From NCBI GenBank assembly GCA_964016885.1, contig OZ024747.1, forward strand, positions 53,444,001-53,508,000: a stretch of 64,000 nucleotides of DNA, read 5' to 3'. Below the pieces are notes generated by a model. That model was not told where the DNA came from, searched no databases, and was given only the letters and a program-made list of their open reading frames with translations. Shown here piece by piece: positions 1 through 13,637 of the stretch (its first letter is position 1; every line of letters begins with the position of its first letter). The position numbers were made by a program, and so were the translations under genes. The DNA is from Eledone cirrhosa (Eukaryota).

Positions 1-390
1 AGGGACTTCCTTGGCTGCAGTGGATGGCCACGACGTCTGTAGTGCCTTGCCGTGCCCTAGCACTCCACACCGCTTGCTGTCACCGCCTTTGTGACTGTTG
101 GGATGATGTTGTCCTCCTCCACTCACTCCGCCGGATCCAGTCTTCGCATGCAGGGGCAGGCATCCCCTATCTATCTCACCATGGAGTTTCAGACTCATGG
201 CTACCCTCAACCTGGTTCGGCCCACCAGCCAAGGCCGTTTACAGGGGTGTGGCCGCTGTCGCATGCTACAGCTTCTTGGGGCCACAGGTGAGAGCTGAGT
301 GTCAGGTGGGACCCAATGCAGGATGAGCTGTCCTGAAAAGGGTATCGCTAGCCCTCCCTACAGAGGTACATGCCCCTCCCTGACACCCCA
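1..390 (-). mobile_element. Probable 5' UTR of a LINE (RTE-like) running off the left edge
   Basis: GC-rich structured block beginning GGGGTGTCAGGG next to (TA)n. It resembles RTE-clade 5' ends from recall, and no ORF lies inside the window. Confidence 0.4.
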
Positions 391-430
391 TATATATATA
401 TATATCTGTGTGTATGTGTGTGTGTGTGCA

Positions 431-463
<33 letters not shown>

Positions 464-468
464 TTATA

Positions 469-519
<51 letters not shown>

Positions 520-562
520 GCACACACATACACACAGATATATATATATATCTGTGTGTATG

Positions 563-666
<104 letters not shown>

Positions 667-691
667 TGCACACACATGCACACACAGACAC

Positions 692-740
<49 letters not shown>

Positions 741-1064
741 AACACAGACACACACGCATTCTGCTCTCTTTCTCATCTTCCTTCTATTACCCACCCCCTC
801 TCCCCACACACTAGTCTCCTCACTCCATCTATATGTGAACACTAGACAACATGCTTCCAGCTGAGAAACCCCTACGTCACTGATCCATTGTTTTAAGACA
901 TACCAAACAAGACTGCTTCATCAATTATTTGTTCAGGATCTACTTTTATTCCATCTCTTTTTTTACTATTCATAAGTACATGTGCTCCTGCACATATACA
1001 TAAATACGTATGTGTGTGTGTATGTGCGTGTGTGTGTGTATGTGCGTGTGTGTATGTGTGTATG

Positions 1065-1142
<78 letters not shown>

Positions 1143-1149
1143 TATTTGT

Positions 1150-1181
<32 letters not shown>

Positions 1182-1628
1182 GGTGGCTGCCAACTCGTTT
1201 TCGAGTACGGCCACTACTTTATATCCATGTAGGAGAACTCCTACCGATGCGCTGAATGAGTGTGACATTTTAGTCCAGCCAGCGACTTGAAAACTCTGAT
1301 ACAAACACTTCACTTGTGACAATTATTGACACATAGTGCTGGGCCCATGGTACCATGTGACGACAAGTGCAGAGAGATCTCCAGATATAAAGCAATGCCT
1401 GTGCCGTGAAGCTTTTATAGTGAGCAAAGGCACTGCACAAAGCCAGTCCCACTCTCTTAACCAAGATGATATTTACCAAAAAGAAGAACAAGTCAACATC
1501 ATTGGATACCATCAGGGTTGCAGGTGTTATATCAGAATTTTCCTTCTCCTAGAATTATATATATATACGGACATATATTTGTATATATATACACATATAT
1601 ACATATATATATACAAATGTGTATATAT

Positions 1629-1705
<77 letters not shown>

Positions 1706-1997
1706 TATATATATTTGTATATATACACATACATATATTTGTATATATACACATACATATATCTATATATACATAAATACATACATATACGCAAATATAT
1801 AATGAAAAAAAAATATATATATATATATATAATCATTTTTACAAATACAGACAGAAGCAAGTATACAAACACACTCAAATAGATACATATATGATATATA
1901 TATATAATGAGAGAAAGAGAGATGAGCTCATCTACTTACAAACACATTATTTCATGATGTATTTATATATTTATATATAATATATGAGTATTATTTG

Positions 1998-2183
1998 GGT
2001 AGATTGGCAGTATCGGTAGAGGGTCGGACGCCATGCTTTCCAGCATAGTTACGTCCCTTTACGATCTGAGTTCAAATCCCGCCGAGGTTGACTTTGCCTT
2101 TCATCCTTACGGGGTCGATAAAATAAAGTACCAGTAATGCACTGGGTAATTGCTGGCCTTGTGCCTAAAGTAGAAACAATTAT
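1998..2183 (+). mobile_element. SINE family B (~185 bp, tRNA head plus CCTTTCATCC..GGTCGATAAA domain, Meta-SINE-like)
   Basis: A box TGGCAGTATCGG and B box GAGTTCAAATCC, ending AGTAGAAACAATTATT. Imperfect TSD TTATTTGG(G/A)TAG. Confidence 0.8.
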
Positions 2184-2519
2184 TTGGATAGTGTATATGT
2201 ATAAATTTATTATGTTCCTAAATAAATAGAAAAAAAATCAAAAATCTATATATTTGAAATGTGTGTGCATATAGATAAGTTCTATGAGTTGAGTTGTGTG
2301 TTTGTTTGTGCAGGTGTGTATATATATATCATCATCATCATCATCATCATCATCATGATTATCACACTATAACGTCCATTTTCCCATGATAACATGGGTT
2401 AGATGCAATAGTCCAGATCAAGTGACCATGTCTTACTTTGCTCATTCAGAACTGATTTTGGCTTGGTTTCTACAGCTGGATGCCCTTCCAAACACCAACC
2501 ACATTACAAACACACACAC

Positions 2520-2565
<46 letters not shown>

Positions 2566-2566
<1 letters not shown>

Positions 2567-2762
2567 AATATATTACACAAAGAGAAGTGTGTTAGACAGT
2601 GAGATGTGTGTAAAGAATTATTTGATTCTGACTTAGTTTTTTTTCTATTTAATTGCTAAACCTGTAGATATTGTTCTCTATACAGTAACGGTAAAACTCA
2701 CTTGTAATAATTCTTTACACACATCTCACTGTGTAACACACTTCTCTTTGTGTAATATATTT
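2566..2762. repeat. Inverted repeat, 57-bp arms, TA-adjacent
   Basis: 2566-2622 is the reverse complement of 2706-2762 with one mismatch. Confidence 0.8.
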
Positions 2763-2866
2763 GCATTTGAGCTCAGAAGGAAATTCTCTATTCTTCTTTG
2801 AGCTAATACTATTATTATTATTACAGTGAACTGCGGAATACTCTTAATTCCGATCTTTGTATACAT

Positions 2867-3222
2867 ATCATCATCATCATCATCATTTCATTTTATGTCC
2901 GCTTTTTCCCTGCTTGCAAGGGTGGGACGGGAACTGATGCTGGCTTGATTTCTACAGCTGGATGCTCTTCCTAACACCAACCTCATTTACAGTGAGTGCT
3001 GGGTGCTTTTTTGCCATGGCACCTCCACGACCACTTTGCAGTGGAATGATATGGATCCCCAGTCCCTATCATCTCATTTCTACAGCTGAGTAAACTGGAG
3101 CAATGTGAAATAAAGTGTCTTGCTCAAGGAAACAACACATCACCTGGTCTGAGAATTGAACTCACAACCTTTCGATTGCAAGGCCAATGCTCTAACCACT
3201 AACCACTAAGCCATGTGCCTCC
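2867..3222 (-). mobile_element. SINE family A: tRNA head, CORE-like domain, RTE 3' tail
   Basis: A box TGGCTTAGTGG, B box GAGTTCAATTCT, CCTTGAGCAAGACACTT core, an RTE-like tail and (GAT)n. Confidence 0.85.
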
Positions 3223-3310
3223 ATATATATATATATATATTCAAAATTATAAAAAATTATAAAAACATATCTATATATATATATATACATACATATACAC
3301 AAATATATAA

Positions 3311-3481
<171 letters not shown>

Positions 3482-4051
3482 AAATATAGATTCAGCGAGA
3501 ATCGCATTTCGGCGTGTAGAAACGGCGAAACGAAACGCAAAAATCAGAAATGACACTGGCAAAGTGCTCAATAGTTAAAAACCAGAGCTAAACAAGGTGT
3601 TAAGAAGCCATACAAAACTGAAAAAGTGGTCAAGAAAGCATCAACCACCTAAGCCAAAAAGCAAATCAAGCTAAACAGGTCAAAAGAAAATAAATGAAAA
3701 AAAAGAATATATATATATATATATAGTCCATATATATATAGTCCTTATATATATATACAGTCCAGAAATAGCTGTCGAAATGGCTTGAGCTCTGCCGTCG
3801 GGGTCATACTTTTTCCTATATATATATATCAAAGGTATATATTGAGTTAGAAACTCAAAATAGTCTCTTACAATAAAATAGCTCTAGGAAAGAGATTTTT
3901 CCGAGCCGTATATCCCAATTGAATATAAAAGAGAGATAAACTCAGACATATACATATGTGTTCAAATCATAAGGGACCAGGTTCACTAAGGGAAAAAAAT
4001 ACTAACTATGGACAATAGGGTTTGCCAGACACAATTTAAGAATAAATCAAG

Positions 4052-4127
<76 letters not shown>

Positions 4128-4524
4128 ATGTATGAGAACTTTCTAAGTGAAACCAGTATGACCATTATTCAAATTAGTACTTTTATACATAAGAAAAATA
4201 GAATGTACTGTAGATATTATTATAGGTTTCTCTGACCTAAGGTTAAGCTTTTACCATTTTAATATTAAATGAAGTATATAAATGATTTAATTTAGTTCAA
4301 ATCTATGTCTTTAGAGGAGTGGTTGTTATTTTATTGACAGCTCTTAGAAGAGATAAATTTTAATCAAATTAAATCAAAAAAAATTATTTCTCATTTCCTA
4401 TCAAACTGTTAGCTTAACTATTATTCAGAGTAACTTCATAATAACACTTAGATTCTACTTTTCTTAAGACTGATCTCATCTAGTAAGATCTCATTCATAT
4501 ATTAGTCCCTTCTTTACAAAACTC

Positions 4525-4593
<69 letters not shown>

Positions 4594-5054
4594 AATATTA
4601 GAATAAACGTGCTGCGTGGTTGCTAATGGGTTACATATGAATAAAGTTAGTCCTTCATCAGTGATCTTCCAACCATCATTGGTATTTCATCGCTTTAAAG
4701 ACCATATACCTCCGGTTGGTGCGAGCAACGGCTAAAAAAAGTCGTTGGGACACGTAAATAAAGGGGACACGAGTGTAAACAAACAAAGATGGTGAAGCAA
4801 CGAAAAGTGAGGAAGAAGGAGTCAAGTCCCAAATTTCTATGAATTTAAATTCGGTGAAATCGTGAACGAGAGAGAATAAAGACCATCAAACCTGGTTGGA
4901 ATGTGAGCAAGGAAGGAATTCCGTACAGGTCTAATGGGAGGAAGAAGGGATCTAGTCTGTGAATTCGGTGAACGTAAGTTCTGTGAAATCGTAGACGAGA
5001 GAGAGAAAAAATATATGACTGCCAAGACTGGAATTGAACCATCAGACATCAATT

Positions 5055-5122
5055 TATTTTATCTGATGAGGACATATTGAGGAAACAGCACAGTACCTCT
5101 GAAATATATATATAATAAAATA
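5055..5122 (+). ncRNA. Minimal type-I hammerhead ribozyme, degenerate stem II
   Basis: TATTTTAT-CTGATGA-GGAcaTATTG...CAGTAccTCT-GAAA-TATATATA-TA-ATAAAATA. Stem I is 8 bp and stem II is interrupted. Confidence 0.6.
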
Positions 5123-5263
5123 TATTTGATTACATGAATGTCTATATTTATTAATATTTTGAATTTATATATATATATATATATGCGAATTAGGCTGCTC
5201 AGCCGTTAATATGCATAAGGAAAGTATATACTTCAGATGTTCAGTCATCTGGCAGGAAGGTAT

Positions 5264-5306
5264 ACGATGCTGACGATAGCTAATAAGCTTGAAACTAGTA
5301 CATCGT
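5264..5306 (+). ncRNA. Minimal type-I hammerhead ribozyme
   Basis: ACGATG-CTGACGA-tAGC(TAATAA)GCTt-GAAA-CTAG-TA-CATCGT. Stem I is 6 bp, stem II is 3 bp after a U-U pair, the palindrome is CTAG and the triplet is GUA. Confidence 0.85.
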
Positions 5307-5822
5307 TACTTTCTCAGTGTTGAACAAAACGGCAACGATGGTTGCTAAACACTGTACGGCTTAATTCGGGCTGTTTGTTTACAAACACACCGAGCATTTA
5401 TAATAAATGTCCGGTAAAAACGATACGTACATATATATATGTGTGCATGTATGTATATATATACATACTACTGTACGTCGGATTACCTATATGCATGTAC
5501 GTATACATACTTATATTTACGTAACAGCCGTACTAAGAGAGAGAAATGAAATTTTGTTTCATTTTTTCCATTTATATATATATATATATATATATTTATT
5601 AAAATAACAGGTTAAAGTTTAAGCTAAGAATCGCTGCTTTCACCCTTAACGGGATCTTTGGATTTTAGTCTTCAAATTTATTATTATTACTATATATATA
5701 TATATATATATCACCATCATCATCATAACCACTTAACGTTTGTTTTTCCACACTTGCATGGGTTACATACACATACATACTCACACTCATATATATATAT
5801 GTGTGTGTGTGTGTATCCATTC

Positions 5823-6115
5823 CATTTTGTATCCGCTTTTTCCCTGCGTGCAAGGGTGGGACGGGAACTGATTCTGGCTTGATTTCTACAGCTGGATGCC
5901 CTTCCTAACACCAACCTCATTTACAGTGAGTGCTGGGTGCTTTTTTGCTGTGGCACATGCTAGTCCCTATCATCTCATTTCTAAAGCTGAGTAAACTGGA
6001 GCAATGTGAAATAAAGTGTCTTGCTCAAGGAAACAACACATCACCCGGTCTGAGAATTGAACTCACAACCTTTCGATTGCAAGGCCAATGCTCTAACCAC
6101 TAAGCCATGTGCCTC

Positions 6116-6116
<1 letters not shown>
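5823..6116 (-). mobile_element. SINE family A, internal deletion
   Basis: Near-identical to 2867-3222 but lacking about 35 bp. Confidence 0.85.
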
Positions 6117-6151
<35 letters not shown>

Positions 6152-6423
6152 TACATGCATTCAGTCTATGTCTATCTCTCCCATATACATATGAAGATTA
6201 AGAGGATATACTAGAAAGATATGGTCTGTACATGTAATGGGAGCAGTTGTTGTTGAGATCATTGACTACAAGGAACTTGTCACAGTTATATTTACACAAT
6301 CATACATTAGTAGGAACACGAATATACATACACACATGGAGGTGGATATAAGATGCTGCTGCTGATGGTATATATATCATCATCATCATCATTTAACGTC
6401 TATCTTCCATGCTAGCATGGGTT

Positions 6424-6483
<60 letters not shown>

Positions 6484-6484
<1 letters not shown>

Positions 6485-7364
6485 ATTAAGTTAAAAGTGT
6501 ACATCTACATATGTATACTGAAATACTAGTATGCATATAAATACACACATGTATACATATGTACATGTACTGAGTTTTTCACTGGACACTTTACTGTGAG
6601 TGTCCAGCTAGTCTGTATGTAACCAAACAGACAAACCGGGTTTTAGAGTCATACGGGTTTTCAAGGAAACACATTTCCTCTATTCTCCAGAGAGCCAGAC
6701 AGGAATATTGGACTAGTTTCGATGTTATTACATCTCATCAGCAATATATACCCATCTTCCGGCTTCTCTAGAGAATCGTAAAAGCACATATCGTTATATG
6801 CTTTTTCTATGAAAATTAGTAGTGGGCAGACTAATTTGCATAGAACGTGAGTCATTGTACGCACCGGTTCAGCGGAAACGATAAAAACAAATAACGAAAC
6901 GAAATTAAATTTCGTTTCGCTTCCAACTCACTTTTGTATGACTGACGCTTAAACAATTAAGTTAAAAGTGTACATCTACATATGTATACTGAAATACTAG
7001 TATGCATATAAATACACACATGTATTCATATGTACATGTACTGAGTTTTTCACTGGACACTTTACTGTGAGTGTCCAGCTAGTCTGTATGTAACCAAACA
7101 GACAAACCGGGTTTTAGAGTCATGACTCTAAAACCCGGTTTGTCTGTTTGGTTACATACAGACTAGCTGGACACTCACAGTAAAGTGTCCAGTGAAAAAC
7201 TCAGTACATGTACATATGTATACATGTGTGTATTTATATGCATACTAGTATTTCAGTATACATATGTAGATGTACACTTTTAACTTAATTGTTTAAGCGT
7301 CAGTCATACAAAAGTGAGTTGGAAACGAAACAAAATTTAATTTCGTTTCGTTATTTGTTTTTAT
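6484..7364 (-). mobile_element. Non-autonomous Penelope-like/retrozyme-type element: partial tandem repeat plus inverted truncated copy, in (TA)n
   Basis: Direct repeat 6484-6652 = 6955-7123 (period 471 bp). Spacerless palindrome 6881-7122/7123-7364 with about 3 mismatches. Hammerhead at 6705-6747 and (TA)n on both sides. Confidence 0.7.
6705..6747 (-). ncRNA. Minimal type-I hammerhead ribozyme, perfect core
   Basis: Minus strand reads ATATTG-CTGATGA-GATGT(AATA)ACATC-GAAA-CTAG-TC-CAATAT. This gives a 6-bp stem I, a 5-bp stem II, a palindromic stem III insert (CTAG) and a GUC cleavage triplet. Confidence 0.9.
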
Positions 7365-7366
7365 AT

Positions 7367-7443
<77 letters not shown>

Positions 7444-7477
7444 TATTAGACTATATATATATATTAGATTATATAAT

Positions 7478-7513
<36 letters not shown>

Positions 7514-7786
7514 CTATTAGACTATATATATATATTAGACTATATGTATATATACATATATATATATCAGGACAGAACCAGTTTTAAAGTAGTTAGACCA
7601 ATACTCAACAGAATACTCAATACTTTGGATAGGAGAGTATACCTAAATTAGGAAGAGATGAAGTCTGATGGCTGAGCTCTTGGCATTTCAACAGCTAATT
7701 CCAGAGTGGTTTGTATTTAATGAGCCCAAACCCCTAGCCATTGCGATCGGGTTTTTACCTACATTTATATATATATATATATATAT

Positions 7787-8118
7787 GGAGGCACATGGCT
7801 TACTGGTTAGAGCATTGGCCTTGCAATCGAAAGGTTGTTAGTTCAATTCTCAGACCGGGTGATGTGTTGTTTCCTTGAGCAAGACACTTTATTTCGCATT
7901 GCTCCAGTTTACTCAGCTGTAGAAATGAGATGATAGGGGCTGAGGTCCCTATCATTCCACTGCAAAGTGGTCGTGGAGGTGCACCCAGCACTCACTGTAA
8001 ATGAGGTTGGTGTTAGGAAGGGCATCCAGCTGTAGAAATCAAGCCAGAATCAGTTCCCGTCCCACCCTTGCAAGCAGGGAAAAGCGGACGTAAAATGAAA
8101 TGATGATGATGATGATGA
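7787..8118 (+). mobile_element. SINE family A
   Basis: Same head, core and tail. Confidence 0.85.
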
Positions 8119-8913
8119 TATATGTAGTCTGCGGTGTTAAGATATATATATATAAGAAAATGAGTTTATTTTAATTAAAAAACAAGATGCCCTACACGGG
8201 TGAAAGTATAAGGAAAAGAAACCGAAAATGCAACTGGAGTCTTTTTAAGAATAATTATTTATTTCCTTTACTGGTTTAACAGTTCTTATGCTTTTCAAAG
8301 TAAAATTAAGATGGAAGGTCTGTGGTTTGTCTTGCATCTGATGCAATACATGTGTGTTCTTCCTCGATGGGATCGGAGATCCCGTCATCAGTAGGCTTTG
8401 TTCCTTGTATCCAAACTTCGATCTGACGACAGAGGCATTTTAGCTATAGTAGTTTCTAACTTGTGTTTTCACACAAACTTTTTCAAAAGAGGAAGGTCAA
8501 GGTGGCTGAAGTTTTGGCGATTGTTTACTGCGTATGAAAACAAAGGGATTTTCACTGCCCCAAGATAGAAGGTCTCAACTAAATATATAATAAGTATGGA
8601 AGGGGTGTCAAATTTTCATTAAGTTTATTCAGGTGTGATGTGCATTTTGTGATTGATGAGGACAAGGTTTGATCTCTATCAATCAAGCTCGGATCTGGAA
8701 TCAAAAGCTTATCAGACATCAATGAGCTTAATGACACAATGATACCTGTACAGCGTTAAAACAACAACAAAAAGTAAAAACTCAACTGCGATGCCTAGTA
8801 ATTTTGGTACGAGCGACTCTGCTTCATCTTATGCATAGAGTACTACCCTGATTTGTGGTGTCCCTAGTCTTGGCACTGCAGACTTTATATATATATATTT
8901 ATATATATATATT

Positions 8914-8948
<35 letters not shown>

Positions 8949-9059
8949 ATGTATATATATATATATAAAATTTAATACAATAACAGAGAAAGCTTTAAGC
9001 TAAACTCTGACTGGTAACCATCTCACTCAACAATCATTAGGATATACGTTAGTATAATC

Positions 9060-9400
<341 letters not shown>

Positions 9401-9401
9401 T

Positions 9402-9753
9402 GGAGAGGCACATGGCTTAGTGGTTAGAGCATTGGCGCCTTGCAATCAAAAGATTGTGAGTTCAATTCTCAGACCAGACGATGTGTTGTTTCCTTGAGCA
9501 AGACACTTTATTTCACATTGCTCCAGTTTACTCAGCTGTAGAAATGAGATGATAGGGACTGGGGTCCATATCATTCCACTGTAAAGTGGTCGTGGAGGTG
9601 CCACGGCATAAAAGCACCCAGCATTCCCTGTAAATGAGGTTGGTATTAGGAAGGGCATCCAGCTGTAGAAATCAAGCCAGAATCAGTTCCCATCCCACCC
9701 TTGCAAGCAGGGAAAAAGCGGACATAAAATGAAATGATGATGATGAATGATGA
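9402..9753 (+). mobile_element. SINE family A
   Basis: Same head, core and tail. Confidence 0.85.
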
Positions 9754-9767
9754 TATATATATATATA

Positions 9768-9972
9768 TAACAAAGGAAGAGTGGTAAGGAACCAGATGGA
9801 CCTTGACGCACCAGAGTACTCAATAATTAGGGTAGTAGAGTGGGTAATAGGAAAATGTTTGACCCCAATGGCAGAGCTCAGGCCATTTCGACGGCTATTT
9901 CTGGACTATTGCATCCAGAAATAGCCGTCGAAACGGCTTGAGCTCTGCCGTCGGGGTCAAACATTTTCCTAT
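9768..9972. mobile_element. TA-embedded fold-back element, same family as 9118-9286 in opposite orientation
   Basis: Arms at 9847-9905 and 9914-9972 with a few mismatches. 9768-9850 is the reverse complement of the 9206-9286 tail. Confidence 0.7.
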
Positions 9973-10180
9973 ATATATATATATATATATATATATCGTG
10001 GTAAAAAGTCAGGAGGTTATACCCGTGGTAAGTAGAGCACTAAGTCCAGAGGATGAGTTTGGTATAGAGTTGGTCCTACAACAAATTAGCAAACCTTACT
10101 CAAGGATGCATGTTTCACCCAAAAGATTTTCTGAAAATCCGTTGGGTGAAATGTGCGTCTTCAAATATATATATATATAT

Positions 10181-10476
10181 ATACGATATTAATAAATGGA
10201 AACTATATTTATAAAACCATATTTATTTCATTATATATATTTCAAGGATACCAAGTTACATTATGGTATGCCTTCATCAGACAAAATACAATATGAAGGC
10301 ATACCATAATGTAACTTGGTATCCTTGAAATATATATAATGAAATAAATATGGTTTTATAAATATAGTTTCCATTTATTAATATCGTATATCTACTCCAA
10401 ATATTTGTCGAGTGCTTTATATCAGTTATAAAAATATTTGCTTGTTGTATCCCAACAATTTAAATAAAACTTTTGC
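10181..10476. mobile_element. Hammerhead-bearing fold-back element in (TA)n
   Basis: Inverted arms at about 10181-10277 and 10293-10391. The tail 10395-10470 is homologous to 37799-37875. Confidence 0.65.
10224..10288 (-). ncRNA. Minimal type-I hammerhead ribozyme
   Basis: Minus strand: TATTTTGT-CTGATGA-AGGcATACCA...TGGTATcCTT-GAAA-TATATA-TA-ATGAAATA. It is homologous to 37666-37730. Confidence 0.72.
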
Positions 10477-10492
10477 ATATATATATATATAT

Positions 10493-10843
10493 AAGTATTA
10501 AGTTGGTAAACAATATTCGATGATTATGTCAAAGAATGAGTTTTACAGTAGATTGGAAGCACTCAACGATTAAAAATAATTTTCAGGAGTTATTAATATT
10601 AAAATATAAGTATTAATAAAATAGATGTTCTTTTGATCAATTACATTTTATTATACATATTTCGGATATACAACAGTACGTCCTCATCAGACAAAATGTA
10701 ATGATACATGACATACCCTGAGATGTTAAATGGATTTAATCAAGGTAGTCAATGACTCTGATGAGGACGTACTGTTGTACATCCGAAATATGTATAATAA
10801 AATGTAATTGATCAAAAGAACATCTATTTTATTAATACTTATA

Positions 10844-10853
<10 letters not shown>
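10493..10853. mobile_element. Hammerhead-bearing fold-back element in (TA)n
   Basis: Inverted arms at about 10596-10691 and 10757-10853, flanked by TA tracts. Confidence 0.65.
10641..10701 (-). ncRNA. Minimal type-I hammerhead ribozyme
   Basis: Minus strand: TTACATTTTGT-CTGATGA-GGACGTAC(TGTT)GTATATCC-GAAA-TATGTA-TA-ATAAAATGTAA. Stem I is 11 bp and stem II is 8 bp with one mismatch. An inverted copy lacking the 5' strand of stem I starts at 10758. Confidence 0.8.
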
Positions 10854-10888
<35 letters not shown>

Positions 10889-11087
10889 TGCAGAGATACA
10901 GTGCAGCAATATATATATAGGTACACTGTATCTCTGCTTGTTATGAGAAATAACTAATAGGGTTGGTATCAGGAAGAGCATCCAGCTGTACCACTTTACT
11001 TCAAAAAGTCCCATATACCTCATATTACCATGGAGAATTCAATGTAACAAGGACAACAAAGATGATGATGGTGATGACAATGATTAA

Positions 11088-11433
11088 TATCATCATCATC
11101 ATCATTTCATTTTACGTCCGCTTTTTCCCTGCTTGCAAGGGTGGGACGGGAACTGATTCTAGCTTGATTTCTACAGCTGGATGCCCTTCCTAACACCAAC
11201 CTCATTTACAGTGAGTGCTGGGTGCTTTTTTGCCGTGGCACCTCCACGACCACTTTGCAGTGGAATGATATGGACCCCAGTTCCTATCATCTCATTTCTA
11301 CAGCTGAGTAAACTGGAGCAATGTGAAATAAAGTGTCTTGCTCAAGGAAACAACACATCACCCGGTCTGAGAATTGAACTCACAACCTTTCGATTGCAAG
11401 GCCAATGCTCTAACCACTAAGCCATGTGCCTCC
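11088..11433 (-). mobile_element. SINE family A
   Basis: Same head, core and tail. Confidence 0.85.
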
Positions 11434-11626
11434 ATTAATATATATATATATATTATATTAATATATATATATTATATATATATATATATTATATGTATAT
11501 ATATATATTATATATATATATTATATATTATATATATTATATATATATATATTATATATATGTATTATATGTATTATATTTGTTGAATTACCAACAAATT
11601 GAATACCCCTTCTGCTTATATATATG

Positions 11627-11679
<53 letters not shown>

Positions 11680-11742
11680 TATATATATTTAATAAATATA
11701 TTCTGAGTATAGAGCAGTCTTGAAAAACAGGTTTCTGCAGTT

Positions 11743-11782
<40 letters not shown>

Positions 11783-12044
11783 AATTATTATTTTTGAAGA
11801 TTTAATATTTGTTTATCTCTCCTCACTCTTTCACACTCTTTCTTTCTCACCTTTTCTCTTTGACACACGCACTCACACACACTCTTATTCTCTCACACAC
11901 GCACTCTCTTACTCTTCCCTTCTCTCTCACTCTTTCTTTCTCACAAACTACCTCTATTGTCCTTTAAATGTCTTTTTCTTCTTTTTCACCCTTTTTCTCT
12001 GTCATTCTTCCACTCTGTTTACACCTCAAAGCTCTCTCTCTCTC

Positions 12045-12103
<59 letters not shown>

Positions 12104-12875
12104 TCCTCTCTCTCTCTCCCTCTCCCTCTCCCTCTCCCTCTATTTCTCTCTCAGTATCTCTCTCGCTCCTTCTTTCAGGTACTTTTCCCTTCTCTCTTTA
12201 TCCTTGAGAAATATCCATCATCATCACCACTACAACAACCACACCACTGCCATTTCTGCCACCAGTACAACCACCATCAGTATTATCATCTCCCTTACTA
12301 TCACCACCACCACCATCACCATTACCACTACCACCACTACCACCATCACTAACCCCCCACCCACCCCACAATCACACTCAGTACTATAATAACCCCACCA
12401 CTGCTACATATACCATCACCACCATCACCATTACCACTACCACCACTACCACCATCACTACCCCCCCCCCCCCCCACAATCACACTCAGTACTATAATAA
12501 CCCCACCACTGCTACATATACCATGACCACCATCACCACCACCATCACCATTACCACTACCACCACTACCACCATCACTACCCTACCCCCCCACAATCAC
12601 ACTCAGTACTATAATAACCCCACCACTGCTACCTATACCATCACCACCATCACCTTTACCACTACCACCACTACCACTATCACCACCACCACTACCACCA
12701 TCAATCATCACCATCACCATCACCACTACCACCACTACCCTCACCACCACTACCACCACACCACAACCACTACTACCACCATCACCGCCACTACCACCGT
12801 CACTACTACCACCACAACTACCCCCACCACCACTACCACCATCACACACAGTACTACAATAAACCCACCACCACC

Positions 12876-12930
<55 letters not shown>

Positions 12931-13563
12931 CCACCACCACCACCACCACCACCACCACCACAACAACAACAACACTAATTTATGCAACCAGAAATAAAGC
13001 TAAACCTGTTTGCTATATTTTTAAATGTTTAATTTCATTGAAATTCATTCCTGTTTTATTTCCATGGATATTAAATTCTAATTTTTGTTACAAATGGAGG
13101 ACAAATGTTACAGGTTTCATCAGTATTATATAACATTTGAAATGTAGTCTTCCCAGTGTAAGATATATAAAAGACACGCCTTTCTGTGTGCACAGATTCA
13201 GATACATACAATGATGTAGACCAGTTATACTTTTTAGGTAAATGTATTCGATGTCCACAGATCTAGCAGGTACCTCTTAACTACTATACCTCCACCCACC
13301 TACTTCTGTCAAGCCCACACTGTAAAGTGGTTGTGTAAGGGTCACAAGAAAAAGCACGCAGCCCACACTGTAAAGTAGTTGTGTAGGAGTCACGACAAAA
13401 AGCAGCCAGCCCACACTAAATGTGGTTGGCATTAGGAAGGGCATCCAGCCTTAGAAACCTAGGCAGAAACAGTTTGATATGAGCAAGACATCGTCACCTG
13501 ACCAAACTTGCTTTTAATGGGACAATCAGTGTAACCCATACTAGCATGGAAAATGGATGATAT

Positions 13564-13637
<74 letters not shown>

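Noticed and set aside
3577-3697. Lys-rich stretch resembling a histone H1 tail
   Set aside because: Short, contains an in-frame stop and has no globular domain. A-rich composition explains it.
4620-4670. CTGATGAAGGAC on the minus strand (similar lone boxes near 8385, 8423 and 13117)
   Set aside because: No correctly placed GAAA-palindrome-UH or closing stem I.
7787-7860. tRNA-like sequences at SINE heads
   Set aside because: They have A/B boxes but no complete cloverleaf, and they are parts of SINEs.
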